Positions 37,578-47,318 of a stretch of 64,000 bases of DNA are shown here, one piece after another (the first letter of the stretch is position 1; the number at the start of each line of letters is the position of its first letter). Under the pieces are notes generated by a model. It had not been told where the DNA came from and ran no database searches. It worked only from the letters and a program-made list of their open reading frames with translations. Origin of the DNA: a bacterium (GTDB lineage: Bacteria > UBA8248); assembly GCA_965261085.1 (NCBI GenBank), contig OZ253442.1, positions 2,464,001 through 2,528,000 on the forward strand, read 5' to 3'. A program made the translations under genes and the position numbers.

Positions 37578-38654
37578 TCACTCGTTTTCGGTATAGAAAT
37601 CGCGGATGCGCGCGCGCATCGCCGCGCCGGTTCCCTCCGCGCCCGGAAGCGCGATCGAGGGCGCACTCGAGCCGTCCACGAGGTTCTCGGTGAACTCCGA
37701 CAGGTCCACGGCCTCGAAGTCGATTCGCTCCATCTCCTCGACCGTGAAGCCCCGGCAATCGCCCCAGCCGAGTCCGAGCTGTCCCCGCGTCGCCTCCTGC
37801 AGGATGCGCCCGAGCTTGGAACCGAACACGCACCAGACCCGCTCCCGGCGGATGCAGACGCCCAATATCCGCTTCGCGCAACGCGTTCCCAGGTAATGCG
37901 TGTTCCCGGTATGGCGCTCCTGCGCCAGGAGCCGCTCCCCCTCGGTGCACTCGGCGAGATCGATGAGCGCGCCTGAGTCCTTGCAGCAATCGGCGAGGCC
38001 GCCCCAGCGGATCCGGCACGAGCGGCGCTCGCCCCGGAAAAACCTCAGATTCTCGCGGTCGAATTCCTCCCCGCCCATCTCGAGCACCATGTTGAGCTTA
38101 GCCGCCGAATCGATGAACCCGGTGTTGGCTTGCGTGGGGAGGGTTTCGCATCCCGCGCCGGCGCACCAGGAGACTGAACCGCAAGCACCACCGGCCCCGG
38201 CGTCCTCCACCCCGGCGCCACACTCCCTCACCGAGCCCGACGCGAGCCCCGCCGCGCCGAAGCGCGGAGCACCCGCATCGCCTTCGATCTCCTCCCCGCG
38301 GCGGGCGATCGGGTCCTCCGTCCCGAGGGACGCCTCCGGACGCCCGCTCGCCCCCTCGATCACGGCGCGCCCCGCCCGGCCACCGGGATCGGCGGGATCG
38401 GCCAGGGCCCGCTTCGCTGCGGCGTCCAATTCATCTGCGCCGAGATCCCGCTCGGGGAGGCTCGTTCCGGCATAGCCCGGCACACGGGCGGCGGAATCCG
38501 GGTTCTTCGCGACGGCGGCGGCCGCCGCCCGGCCCGCCTCTCCGATCGCGCGGGCAGCCGCCTTCGGGTCTTCGGCCCAGGCGCCGCCCGCTGATAGGTG
38601 CGCCAGGAGAAGAAGGACAAGGATGACGATTTGCATTCCTTCGTTCCGTTTCAC
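37578..38654 (-). CDS. traN: short TraN (358 aa)
   Basis: Cys-rich C-terminus DCCKDSG...CTEGERLL...YLGTRC...WCVFGSKLGRILQE...CRGFTVEE...IDF..VDLSEF. Confidence 0.88.
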   Translation of the reverse strand: MKRNEGMQIVILVLLLLAHLSAGGAWAEDPKAAARAIGEAGRAAAAAVAKNPDSAARVPGYAGTSLPERDLGADELDAAAKRALADPADPGGRAGRAVIEGASGRPEASLGTEDPIARRGEEIEGDAGAPRFGAAGLASGSVRECGAGVEDAGAGGACGSVSWCAGAGCETLPTQANTGFIDSAAKLNMVLEMGGEEFDRENLRFFRGERRSCRIRWGGLADCCKDSGALIDLAECTEGERLLAQERHTGNTHYLGTRCAKRILGVCIRRERVWCVFGSKLGRILQEATRGQLGLGWGDCRGFTVEEMERIDFEAVDLSEFTENLVDGSSAPSIALPGAEGTGAAMRARIRDFYTENE

Positions 38655-39370
38655 CGGGAATCTCCTCTGAGCTTTGCGAGATGACGCCGCGCCGTCGCGC
38701 GTCCCGGCCCGCCCTCTTCGGCGATGATCGAAAGCGCCGCTTCGAGACCGATGTTTCCACTAATCCGGTCATGGGGAGGTGCTGCGTCTTTGGCGCAGCC
38801 ACGGCTCGCGCAGGGCGGGACCCCGCCCGGGACCACGGCGACGGCGGGGATCGCGGTGATACCGAAGAGGCGGAACAGGCGCGGGTCGATCGCAGCGCCC
38901 GAGCCGCGCGCCAGATACGCCCCGACCCGTTTCACTGTGGACTGCAGTCCTTCTGGAACAAGTCCACGCAGGACGAGCGGGACGCCTGTCCGCGCCGCCT
39001 CCAGGCTCCATTCCCGCCAACTCGCCTCGGGGACGGAGAGACTCATGAAGACGATGACCTCGGGTCCGTGGGGACGCGCGAGAAAACTGCTTGCCAGGTG
39101 GCCGGCTTGGCCCTCTGCCGGGAGGGGGTCGGGGGTCTCGGCGGCGTTTTTCCCCGCGCGCTCAAGCGCGCGCTTAATCACCGACCGCGACCAGGCGCTA
39201 AGATCGCCTGCGCGGGATTTTTTCGTTTTCCGTAATACCCCTTCCACCATCTCGCGCGCCGCTTTTCCATTGCTTTCCTGCGCCGGGGCCGGAGCGGGCC
39301 ACGCCGTGAGGAGGAGGGCGCAGGCGAGCACGGCTACAGTGGTGGTTGTATGTATCTGATGACGGCCCAT
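38651..39370 (-). CDS. trbC: F-type TrbC
   Basis: VFMSLSVP, LVLRGL, IDPRLFRLFGITAIPAV, DRISGNIGLEAAL. Confidence 0.9.
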   Translation of the reverse strand: MGRHQIHTTTTVAVLACALLLTAWPAPAPAQESNGKAAREMVEGVLRKTKKSRAGDLSAWSRSVIKRALERAGKNAAETPDPLPAEGQAGHLASSFLARPHGPEVIVFMSLSVPEASWREWSLEAARTGVPLVLRGLVPEGLQSTVKRVGAYLARGSGAAIDPRLFRLFGITAIPAVAVVPGGVPPCASRGCAKDAAPPHDRISGNIGLEAALSIIAEEGGPGRATARRHLAKLRGDSR

Positions 39371-39380
39371 ATCAATTTCC

Positions 39381-40382
39381 TTAGAGGAGACAGCAGTTGC
39401 GCTTGCGCCAGAGCAGGTACCCGAAATTCTCCCCCGCCACGGGCAACTCGCGCAGCGCTTCCCACAGCACTGTGGAGCGGCCCGTCGGGTTGCAGCCCGT
39501 GAGGGGTGACGTGGCGGGAACCGGCTGGGTCATCTGCCAGCGGTATTGCGATTTCTTCATGATCGGCATGGGATAGCGCCCACACAGCGCCGCAGTCCCC
39601 GAGGTGCCCCAGGCGAGCAGCAGCCTGTGGAGGCGGAACACGAGCCTTTGGGCCGCGAGCAGCGAGGCCTGCACTCCTCCCACGTGGGCGCCCACGTTCC
39701 CGGTCAGGGGATACATCCCGCCCTGACAGCCCGCGCACCAGTACAGGGGATCGATCGGCAGGCCCGCAGACGCCGCCGCGCAATCGGCGGCGCAGGCCGC
39801 CTGGGCCGGCAGGTCGGCGAAGAGCGCGGCCTCGGGGTTCAGCAGGAAGGAGAGTTCATCGTCGCGCCAGGCGGGGTCGAGCTCGGAGACCCAGGCGATG
39901 TCGAGCCCCCCGCCTTCCAGGCAGCCCAAGTCGAGCAGCGCCCCGATCCACGAGAGCAGCGGGTAGACGTAGTAGTGGGCGTGCCAGGTGGAACCCTGCG
40001 CGCCGTCGCCGCCCGAGGAACCCGTTCGCCCGCGCCCTGCGGGGAGCCCTGCGTCGATGGTCAGTCCGCCCAAGTTCGGGAAACACCAGGGCGCTCGGCT
40101 CACGTCGATCAGCCGCGCCGGCTCCCAGACACCTAACGAGAGACCGATCCGGGGGATGGGCTTCCCGCAGTAACATATCGGAGAACCCGGGTTGGGCGTG
40201 TCCGGCGCGCCCGCGGCATTGCCCATCCGGATCGGCCCGATCGATATCGGGAACAGACACTCCCAGCACACGTCAGTCACCGGGTTCACGAAACGCCCGG
40301 TGCAGGACTGCGCCGATGCGCTCCCGGCCGAGAGGACGCAGGCGATGAGGAGGATGGGAATGAAAATTTTCCGGTGCTTCAT
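39381..40382 (-). CDS. traU: TraU
   Basis: CTGRFVNPVTDVCWECLFPISIG...WRKRNCC. Confidence 0.95.
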   Translation of the reverse strand: MKHRKIFIPILLIACVLSAGSASAQSCTGRFVNPVTDVCWECLFPISIGPIRMGNAAGAPDTPNPGSPICYCGKPIPRIGLSLGVWEPARLIDVSRAPWCFPNLGGLTIDAGLPAGRGRTGSSGGDGAQGSTWHAHYYVYPLLSWIGALLDLGCLEGGGLDIAWVSELDPAWRDDELSFLLNPEAALFADLPAQAACAADCAAASAGLPIDPLYWCAGCQGGMYPLTGNVGAHVGGVQASLLAAQRLVFRLHRLLLAWGTSGTAALCGRYPMPIMKKSQYRWQMTQPVPATSPLTGCNPTGRSTVLWEALRELPVAGENFGYLLWRKRNCCLL

Positions 40383-41050
40383 GGCCTGCCCCCTTCGCTT
40401 GTGGGGTTCTCCTCGTCTTCGAGGGGTACTTCCGTGATCCGGAGGAACGATCCTTCGGCCACGACCACGGACGGCGTAGCGCTGAGCCCGAAACGCCTCG
40501 TGAGTCGACCACCCTGGTCAAAGAAGAACGCCCGGCCGTGCGTCCGGGTCAGGTCCAGCGGACGGCCCGCGAGCAAAACGATCACCGAGGGTTTTTCGTG
40601 GCGAAGCGCCCAGGCGACCTCGACAGGACGGGTCCCGTCGATGAACAGGAGATCGCGGGTCAGGGGATGCGTCGTAAGCGGATTGACCCGCGCGCCGCGC
40701 GCCGCGAGCAGGGTCCCGTCCGCCGCCCGGACGTCTTCTTCAAGCGTGACGGAAGGATCGAACAGACGGGTGCGGCGGACACGCGCGGGGAGGATGTCCG
40801 AGACGCGGGGAGGCGCCGCGACGCGCTCCCTGACCCGGGCGAGCGCCGCACGATTCATGCGGGCGAGTTCGCCCGTAGTTTCCATCGCCTTGAGTCTGGC
40901 CTCGATATCGAGCAGCAGGTCGGGTTCCGTGATGCGCCATACCGCGCCGCGCACGCCGAGATCCTTCGCCGTCACGGCTTCCGCCATGAGCGTCAACGCG
41001 AATGCAATCACGACGGACAGCAAACGGGATAGGGGAGGACGCCGCCTCAT
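40379..41050 (-). CDS. traW: TraW
   Basis: KDLGVRGAVWRITEPDLL, FDPS, RVNPL, FFDQGGRL. Confidence 0.93.
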   Translation of the reverse strand: MRRRPPLSRLLSVVIAFALTLMAEAVTAKDLGVRGAVWRITEPDLLLDIEARLKAMETTGELARMNRAALARVRERVAAPPRVSDILPARVRRTRLFDPSVTLEEDVRAADGTLLAARGARVNPLTTHPLTRDLLFIDGTRPVEVAWALRHEKPSVIVLLAGRPLDLTRTHGRAFFFDQGGRLTRRFGLSATPSVVVAEGSFLRITEVPLEDEENPTSEGGRP

Positions 41051-41601
41051 GGCAGCACCTTTTTTTGACTTGCGAGCGGTCCTTTCAGTCCCAGCCACGG
41101 GACGTCGGGCAGCGGGAGGGCACGGCCCCGGATGCGTTCCAGCGGGATGAGCCCGATCTCCTCATAACGGCTGTCGTGGCTGTCCGCGTGATCGGCGTGG
41201 ACGTAGTAATGATCCTGCGGGATCACTACAGGTTTGATCGCTTCAAGCTCGCGTCCGTTGAGCGCACGCCTCTTCGCGGTCCCGATGAGGGCGCCGTTCA
41301 GGCGGATGCGGCGCTCCGCGTCCACCTCCACCCACTCTCCCGGCAGGCCGCGCACGCGCTTCATGTAGGGGATAGGCGATCCCGCAGCCTCCGGCGGGTC
41401 GAAGAGCACGAAGTCGCCGCGTTTCGGCGCGCCCATGAGCGGCAGCGCGAAATACCCCCACGCTCCGTCTGAGGTACTCGCGTTGACGTGGACGCGCGAG
41501 GCCGCAGCGAGCCACAGTCCGGAGAGGACGGCCATACAGACCAGGAACCTGAAGCCACGGGGGTTCGCGCGTCCCGGCGCCTTGGCGTTTATCATCATCA
41601 T
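41047..41601 (-). CDS. S26-family conjugal transfer (pilin-processing) peptidase
   Basis: VNASTS, MKRVRGLPGE, SHDSRYEEIGLIP. Confidence 0.85.
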   Translation of the reverse strand: MMMINAKAPGRANPRGFRFLVCMAVLSGLWLAAASRVHVNASTSDGAWGYFALPLMGAPKRGDFVLFDPPEAAGSPIPYMKRVRGLPGEWVEVDAERRIRLNGALIGTAKRRALNGRELEAIKPVVIPQDHYYVHADHADSHDSRYEEIGLIPLERIRGRALPLPDVPWLGLKGPLASQKKVLP

Positions 41602-41981
41602 TTTTTCTCTTCCTCCTTTTTCTTCGGGGGATGCCTCAAGTGCGGGACCGCGGCCATCGCCGCCTCGACCTCTGAGGTTAAATCCTCGGCGCCCGCTGCG
41701 ACGGCGCCCGCCGTGAGCAGCACCGCGCCGTGGCGCTCCGCCGTACGGGCGAGCGCCTCTTCCAGCCGCCCCGCCCAGTCGCGGGCGGCTTCTGCCGCCG
41801 CTTTGCGGTCTCCGCCCTCGCGGATGGTTTTCGTGACGTAGTCCGCCGTGAGGCTCGAAAGCCGAACGCTCGCGATACGCGGTATCCGCTCCAAGTTGAC
41901 CCGCAAGGTGACGGCCGAGACGGCCGCGGCCACGCCGGCCGCGAGGAGCAGGGAGGCTGCGAACGCCGGGAACCCGCTCAT
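41598..41981 (-). CDS. trbI: TrbI-like protein
   Basis: N-terminal TM, VLLTAGAVAAGAEDLT, position between traC and traW. Confidence 0.75.
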   Translation of the reverse strand: MSGFPAFAASLLLAAGVAAAVSAVTLRVNLERIPRIASVRLSSLTADYVTKTIREGGDRKAAAEAARDWAGRLEEALARTAERHGAVLLTAGAVAAGAEDLTSEVEAAMAAVPHLRHPPKKKEEEKK

Positions 41982-42244
41982 GACCGCTCTCCCGCCGCGC
42001 GACGCCGCGCACTCATCGATATCCATGCCCTGGCGTCGTACCGCCTGAACCAGGCCGTTCCCTCCTCGTCATGGAACATGTAGAGGTAGCGGCCCGCGTA
42101 GAGCGGATCGCAGGGATCGGCCGAGAGCACGCGCGCTGCGATAGCGGCGCGGAACACGCCCTCGGTGTCCTCGAAGACCTGGACGCTCCGCTTCCGTTCA
42201 GGCCGCCGCCCGCGTCCAGGCCGTCGCCTGCGATCAGGCCGCAT
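41978..42244 (-). CDS. small hypothetical protein
   Basis: FRAAIAARVLSADP...YAGRYLYM, overlapping both neighbours. Confidence 0.5.
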   Translation of the reverse strand: MRPDRRRRPGRGRRPERKRSVQVFEDTEGVFRAAIAARVLSADPCDPLYAGRYLYMFHDEEGTAWFRRYDARAWISMSARRRAAGERS

Positions 42245-42992
42245 CGCGTGAGCCTCCGGCCAGGGGCGAGCGTTCCGACGACGCCTCCGGCGCCGTCCGT
42301 ACGTGCGCTCCATCTTGTTTCTCCTCGTTACTTTCGCCGGCCTCATCAGTGTGAGGCGCCGTGGCGCTCCCGCCCGCGTCCGGCGGTCTTTTGAGGTCGT
42401 GGAAGCGATCGAGCCAGAGCCGTGCCGCACGGGCGGGATCCAGGGGCCTGATGCGGCGATCGAGCGGCGGGAAGGCGACGGACGTGGCCGCGCTCTCGCT
42501 TGCGCCGGGGACGTCTCGCGCCTCGGCCGCCTCGGCCATCCGGGCGATGAATCGTAAAAGCTCCGCCTCCTCCGCCGTGGGCTCCGCACGGAGCCCGGCC
42601 GCCTCGAGCACGGCCGCCTGTACCCGCCCGCAGAGCCGTCTCATGCGGTCCGTCGGCCGCAGCGAGTGAGCGGCGTCGGCTCCCAGCCACGCGACACTCG
42701 CTTGAGAGAGCAGCGCGTAGAGCGCCGCCTCCCGGACACGCCCGCCCGCGGGTCCGCCCAGGTCTTCTATCGCCTCGCTCATCGTCACCGCGTGGGCCGC
42801 GAGGGAGTGGAAGCGCTTGAGCCGCCCGCCCCGGCGGCAGGTATTGGCCAGCACGTGGGCCAGGGCCTCGAAGTCGACCGCTTCGGCCGTCAGCGATTCG
42901 GGGTCCCCCGGCCACTCCAGAAGCCGCTCCCCGTTCAGGGTCTCCTCCGCTCTCCTCGCGGCGCGCGTGTGCGCCCGTCTTTTCTCGTTCAT
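42234..42992 (-). CDS. HD-fold (YfbR-like) protein with a degenerate HD motif
   Basis: DFEALAHVLANTCRRGG...FHSLAAHAV...ALYALLSQASVAWLG, where the family has LLHDA.EAY.GD. Confidence 0.7.
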   Translation of the reverse strand: MNEKRRAHTRAARRAEETLNGERLLEWPGDPESLTAEAVDFEALAHVLANTCRRGGRLKRFHSLAAHAVTMSEAIEDLGGPAGGRVREAALYALLSQASVAWLGADAAHSLRPTDRMRRLCGRVQAAVLEAAGLRAEPTAEEAELLRFIARMAEAAEARDVPGASESAATSVAFPPLDRRIRPLDPARAARLWLDRFHDLKRPPDAGGSATAPHTDEAGESNEEKQDGAHVRTAPEASSERSPLAGGSRDAA

Positions 42993-43057
42993 GTGCGTCT
43001 CTCCTTTCTTGCTCGTGGTTCGTCTTCAAATGTCGCCCGGTATCGAGAGATGAAAGG

Positions 43058-45559
43058 TCACGGCGCGCCTACTTCCGCGATGCGCGCAACCGCTTCTTCC
43101 GTGCTGAGGCCCTCTTCCTTCAATTTTTCGATAGCGGCGAAGGCGGGCCCGCGCGATGAGTAGAGCGCGGACGATGCGCGGTCGAGCACGAGCCGCGCCA
43201 CCCTCCAGCCGTCCGGGCCGTGCAGCACCAACTCGGCGTGGCGCCCGTCCACGGTGGCGAGGCTTTTAAGAGCCCGCTCCATCCCGGGGTCGCAGTGGAT
43301 GCGCTTTTCCTGCTTGAGGAGTTCCACGGACTCGTCCTTCTGGGCGAGGAAGATCGTCCAGTCGGCGTTGTCCCAGGCCGCCCGCGCCGCGGGGTTCGCG
43401 TAATAGTCGTTCACGCTCTGGGTGCCGGTGACGAGCGCGCCCCGGTACTTGCGCGCCCGGCGCGCCGCACCCTCTAAGAACGCCCGGCTGTCCTCGCCCG
43501 ATAGCAGGTCCCAGGCCTCATCGATAACGATCGCCTTGGGCCGCGTCCTCGGGCCGTGGTACATGCGTTGGGTGGCGAGAAATACCACGAGCATGAGCAC
43601 CACGCCCTGCAGGTCGCCCCGGCCCTTGAGTTCGGCCAATTCGAACACGGTGAGCGCGGCATCCAAAGCCGGGGTCTCGCCGCCTTCGAAGAGCCTCCCG
43701 AGCGCGCCGCCCGGGCGCCAGGGTCCGAGAGCGAGCGCCATGTCGGATGCACGCCTGTCGCCCGCCGCCTCGAGGCCTCGCTGCACGGCGCCCAGGTCCG
43801 CGTCGTTTCCCGCCTCCTCCCAGGCGCGCGCGATGGCCTCATCGATGAGCGCCGCCTCGATGTCGTCGATCCGCCCGCGCCTGCGGCACATGCGCCCGAT
43901 CACGGCCGCCAGCATGGCGAAGCATTCCTCCCGGTAGTCACCGTCGCGCGCGGCCGTCTCCGCATCGATCATGGCGAAGGGGTTCAACCGCGCAGGGTCC
44001 TTGCCGAAGGCGATGAAGGCGCCGCCCAGGGCCTCGGCCGTGTGCTGGAACGAACGCCCATCATCAATGACGACGGCCTCACCGCCCGCGCCCGCGATCC
44101 CGGCGACGAGTTCCTGCATGAGAACCGACTTGCCCGAGCCTGATTTTCCGGTCACGGCCACGTTGTAGTTCCCCGCCTCGTTCGCGAAGGGGGACCAGCA
44201 GGCGGGCTGGCCCCGCCTCCCCACGAGCAGGAGCGCCGGCGGCGTGTCGCTCGCCGCCCTTTGGCCGCGCCACTCGCCGTGCACGGGGGCGAGGTTCACG
44301 GCGGATGAGGTGAGCAGGGTCTTCATCCGGCCCATCCGGGCGAGGTCCGCGTCGAGTCCCCCTGCCGGGACCATGGGCAGGCAGGAGAGCCAGCCCGGCA
44401 GGTGGGCGTAGCGCTCCGTTCCCAGGCGCCAGCCCTGTCCGTGGTAGATGGCGCGCACGGCCTGTTCGGCCTCGTCGATCGCGTCGAGCGGCGCGTAGAC
44501 ACAGATGGTGTAACTCGCCCGCACCAGGCGCTCGCCTTCCTTGAGCCGTTCGGTCACGAAGCGCCAGTCCCGGGCCTTCTCCGGGAGGCCTGGCAGGTAG
44601 CGGGCTATCCCCGTGCCCGCCTGCTGCGTCGCCCGGGCGGATTTCAGGAAGGCGCGCTCACCGTCGGCCGCCTCGCCCATCATCACGGTGAGTGCGGTCA
44701 GTACCGGGGCGCCCGGCTGGAGGAAATCGCGGTGGAAATCCCCGATCAGCGCGTTGCCGCGCCAGCCTGGCCAGACCTCAGGATATGCGCGCGCGGAGAG
44801 TACGCGCACCGCCACGTCCGTCCCCGCGGGATGGTGGAAGACCAGCCCCGCCGGCGCCACGCTCATCGCACGGCCGGGCGCCGCGCACTGCAGGTGGATC
44901 GGGTCGCGCGGCGACCAGCGCCTCTCGGGCCGCTTAAGCCCGCCGTCGTGTTCTCCCTCCGGGTCGGGCGCAACGAGTTCCGCCGCGAGTGATAACAGCG
45001 CGTCCGGCTCGAGCCTTCGCGCCCAGGTCCCGATCGAGGCGAGCGCGCCCTCTATCGCACGGCGGAAGCTCCCGAGCGCGGTCTCTGACGCCGGTCCCGG
45101 CCGTCCCGGCAGGCAGGCCGTCATGAACACCCGGCAATCGTTCAGGGTGAACGGCGGCCCGCCCTCATGGAGCGGGCGCCAGCCGGCGCCCGAGAAGAGG
45201 GCTTCCCTCCGCGCCGCCATCACGGCTTGTAAGCCGCCCGCTCCCTCCCTAGGTTGCGCCCAGTCCCTGATCGCCGCCCCGTAGCGCGGGCTCGTCCAGT
45301 GGATGACCTGCACCACCGAGCGCTCGGGCGCCGAGTCGGCCAGAGTCCCGGCCAGCGCGTCCAGCGTCCCCTCGTCGATTCCCGCGAAGGGCGGGAGTTC
45401 CAGTACGAAGCCGCAACTCGCGGCGTTGACGTAGAACTCGCCCGCCTCGTCCCAGGCCCGCCAGGGGAGAAGATCCACGAGCGGGGCGGGCATGGCCGGG
45501 AGCGTCCAGGGCTGGAGCGCGTCAGGTCCTTTGAGCAAATCCTTCAAACGTTCGATCAC
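43058..45559 (-). CDS. traC: TraC (VirB4-family ATPase)
   Basis: NYNVAVTGKSGSGKS, IDDGRSF, IDEAWDLL, RRARKYRG. GTG start overlaps the traV stop. Confidence 0.95.
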   Translation of the reverse strand: MIERLKDLLKGPDALQPWTLPAMPAPLVDLLPWRAWDEAGEFYVNAASCGFVLELPPFAGIDEGTLDALAGTLADSAPERSVVQVIHWTSPRYGAAIRDWAQPREGAGGLQAVMAARREALFSGAGWRPLHEGGPPFTLNDCRVFMTACLPGRPGPASETALGSFRRAIEGALASIGTWARRLEPDALLSLAAELVAPDPEGEHDGGLKRPERRWSPRDPIHLQCAAPGRAMSVAPAGLVFHHPAGTDVAVRVLSARAYPEVWPGWRGNALIGDFHRDFLQPGAPVLTALTVMMGEAADGERAFLKSARATQQAGTGIARYLPGLPEKARDWRFVTERLKEGERLVRASYTICVYAPLDAIDEAEQAVRAIYHGQGWRLGTERYAHLPGWLSCLPMVPAGGLDADLARMGRMKTLLTSSAVNLAPVHGEWRGQRAASDTPPALLLVGRRGQPACWSPFANEAGNYNVAVTGKSGSGKSVLMQELVAGIAGAGGEAVVIDDGRSFQHTAEALGGAFIAFGKDPARLNPFAMIDAETAARDGDYREECFAMLAAVIGRMCRRRGRIDDIEAALIDEAIARAWEEAGNDADLGAVQRGLEAAGDRRASDMALALGPWRPGGALGRLFEGGETPALDAALTVFELAELKGRGDLQGVVLMLVVFLATQRMYHGPRTRPKAIVIDEAWDLLSGEDSRAFLEGAARRARKYRGALVTGTQSVNDYYANPAARAAWDNADWTIFLAQKDESVELLKQEKRIHCDPGMERALKSLATVDGRHAELVLHGPDGWRVARLVLDRASSALYSSRGPAFAAIEKLKEEGLSTEEAVARIAEVGAP

Positions 45560-46077
45560 GGGAGCCTCCAGCGCGTGGGCTCGACCACGACCCGCACCCA
45601 GCCCCCCTCGCGGTAGACCCCTTCCGCGTCCACGAAGGGCGCGATCCATATCCTGGCGATGCGTTCTTTTGTGCGGAAATTTTCATCGGCCGGAGCGGGG
45701 GTGTCTTGCACCGGTGGCAGGGATAATGGTTCGGCGGTAGCCGCGTCCTCGTCGTGTTCCTCGTCTGGACTAAAGAGTTCCGCGAACCAAACGAGGGGAT
45801 TGCAGCCCCACGCGCATGGGCCGCCCGCTCCCGTAGTCCCGGGAGGGTTCGTGCGGCGAAACGGGGCGGGGAGGCTGTTTTTCCGGGCCCCTCCGGAAGG
45901 CGTCACCGCAGGGTCCGCCTCGGATACGCTTTGGCAGGCCACGCCCTGCGCCAGGGGGCACTGCCAGGCCTCGCCCACGTGGCTCCCCCCCGCGCAGCCG
46001 GCGAGGAGCGCCGCTCCCAGGAGCATCGTGAGCGGCCGCCAGGGTTTTCCGGTTCGTTGATGGATCGTAGTACTCAT
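45556..46077 (-). CDS. traV: TraV lipoprotein
   Basis: LAGC lipobox, WQCPLAQGVACQSV, RIWIAPFVDAEG. Confidence 0.9.
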   Translation of the reverse strand: MSTTIHQRTGKPWRPLTMLLGAALLAGCAGGSHVGEAWQCPLAQGVACQSVSEADPAVTPSGGARKNSLPAPFRRTNPPGTTGAGGPCAWGCNPLVWFAELFSPDEEHDEDAATAEPLSLPPVQDTPAPADENFRTKERIARIWIAPFVDAEGVYREGGWVRVVVEPTRWRLP

Positions 46078-47318
46078 CGGTTTCTCCTCTGCTTGTCGCC
46101 TGTTTTTTTCTTCTTCTCCTCACGCCCGTCGATCCGGGCGCCCTCGATGAACACGACCGTCACCCGCGTACCCGTCTGCAACTGGATTACGGGCTGGTAC
46201 TGCTCGGCCCGGCGGATCAGGTAATCGGCGACCCTGCGCCCGGCCGATGCAGCGCCGGCGCCCAGACCCGCACGGCCCAGATCGCGGAGGCCCGCCGCGT
46301 TCGCGGCGCCCTCCGTCCCGGTTGGGGTTTGAAGCAGGTTGGCCGCGGTCTCCCCCGCGCCGGATACCAGACCCGCCAAGAAGGCCTTTTCCACCAGCGC
46401 GCCCTCGCGGCTCACCACCGGACCCCGCACGCCGGCCTTCCCGCCGCCCGCGACGAAACCCGTGACTTTCGTCTCGATCACGCTCCCGGTTTCCGGCCCG
46501 GCGCAGGTCATGGTCTGCAGCCGCACGTAGATTTTTTCCGAAGAAAGGTCCCCGTAGGCGGCGCCCGTCAGCGTGCAGCCCGCGACGTCGGTCTCGAGCG
46601 CCTCTCCGTCCACCGCCGCGCTCCGCGCCTTGCCGGTCAGGCGCAGCAACACCGGCCTCGGGTCGCCCTGAGAGGAGACGCCCACAGAGGCGTCCACGCC
46701 CGCCAGCACCACCGCCTCCGCGTAGGCGCCCGCCGGCAACCAGGACCCGATCGGCCGGGGACCCGGAGCAGGGTCTTCGTCCGCAGGATTCGGGACTTTC
46801 TCGAATTCCTGGATCATGGGCGCCGTCGGTGCAGACGCCTTCCCGCCGGGAGTTGTGCGTTTCCCCTTCACACCCGAAACGCCGGGCGCGCCAGGGGTCC
46901 GGCTCCCCGGAACCGGCGCGGCCGGGCGGGTTTCGAGCCGACGGCGCATCTCCTCGATCACCGCCGCCTGCCGGTCGATCACCAACCGTCCGTCCTCGGC
47001 GTCGCGCGTCAGGCGCTGCTTGAGCCGAGCGTTCTCCTCCCCGGAGCGCCGGCTCCTGGTTTCCATCTCGCGGAGGCGCGTTTCCAACCCGCCTATCCGC
47101 GCCTCGGAGCGCCGCACCCAGACCGCCTCGGCCGATTTGGAACCGGCCAGTTCCGCCCTGATCCCGCTCCGCGGCGGCGGCGCGCCGCCGTCTCCCCCCG
47201 AGAACCAGACCGCGAACGCGATCAATAACGCCGCGGCGATACCTGAAAACAGCAGCAACTGTCGCCCCCGGATCCGCCTGCTCTCCGGGTCCATCGGGGT
47301 TTTATCCTGTCTACTCAT
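46074..47318 (-). CDS. traB: TraB (VirB10-like)
   Basis: LPAGAYAEAVVLAGVDA, GDLSSEKIYVRL, RAEQYQPVI. Confidence 0.93.
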   Translation of the reverse strand: MSRQDKTPMDPESRRIRGRQLLLFSGIAAALLIAFAVWFSGGDGGAPPPRSGIRAELAGSKSAEAVWVRRSEARIGGLETRLREMETRSRRSGEENARLKQRLTRDAEDGRLVIDRQAAVIEEMRRRLETRPAAPVPGSRTPGAPGVSGVKGKRTTPGGKASAPTAPMIQEFEKVPNPADEDPAPGPRPIGSWLPAGAYAEAVVLAGVDASVGVSSQGDPRPVLLRLTGKARSAAVDGEALETDVAGCTLTGAAYGDLSSEKIYVRLQTMTCAGPETGSVIETKVTGFVAGGGKAGVRGPVVSREGALVEKAFLAGLVSGAGETAANLLQTPTGTEGAANAAGLRDLGRAGLGAGAASAGRRVADYLIRRAEQYQPVIQLQTGTRVTVVFIEGARIDGREEKKKKTGDKQRRNR

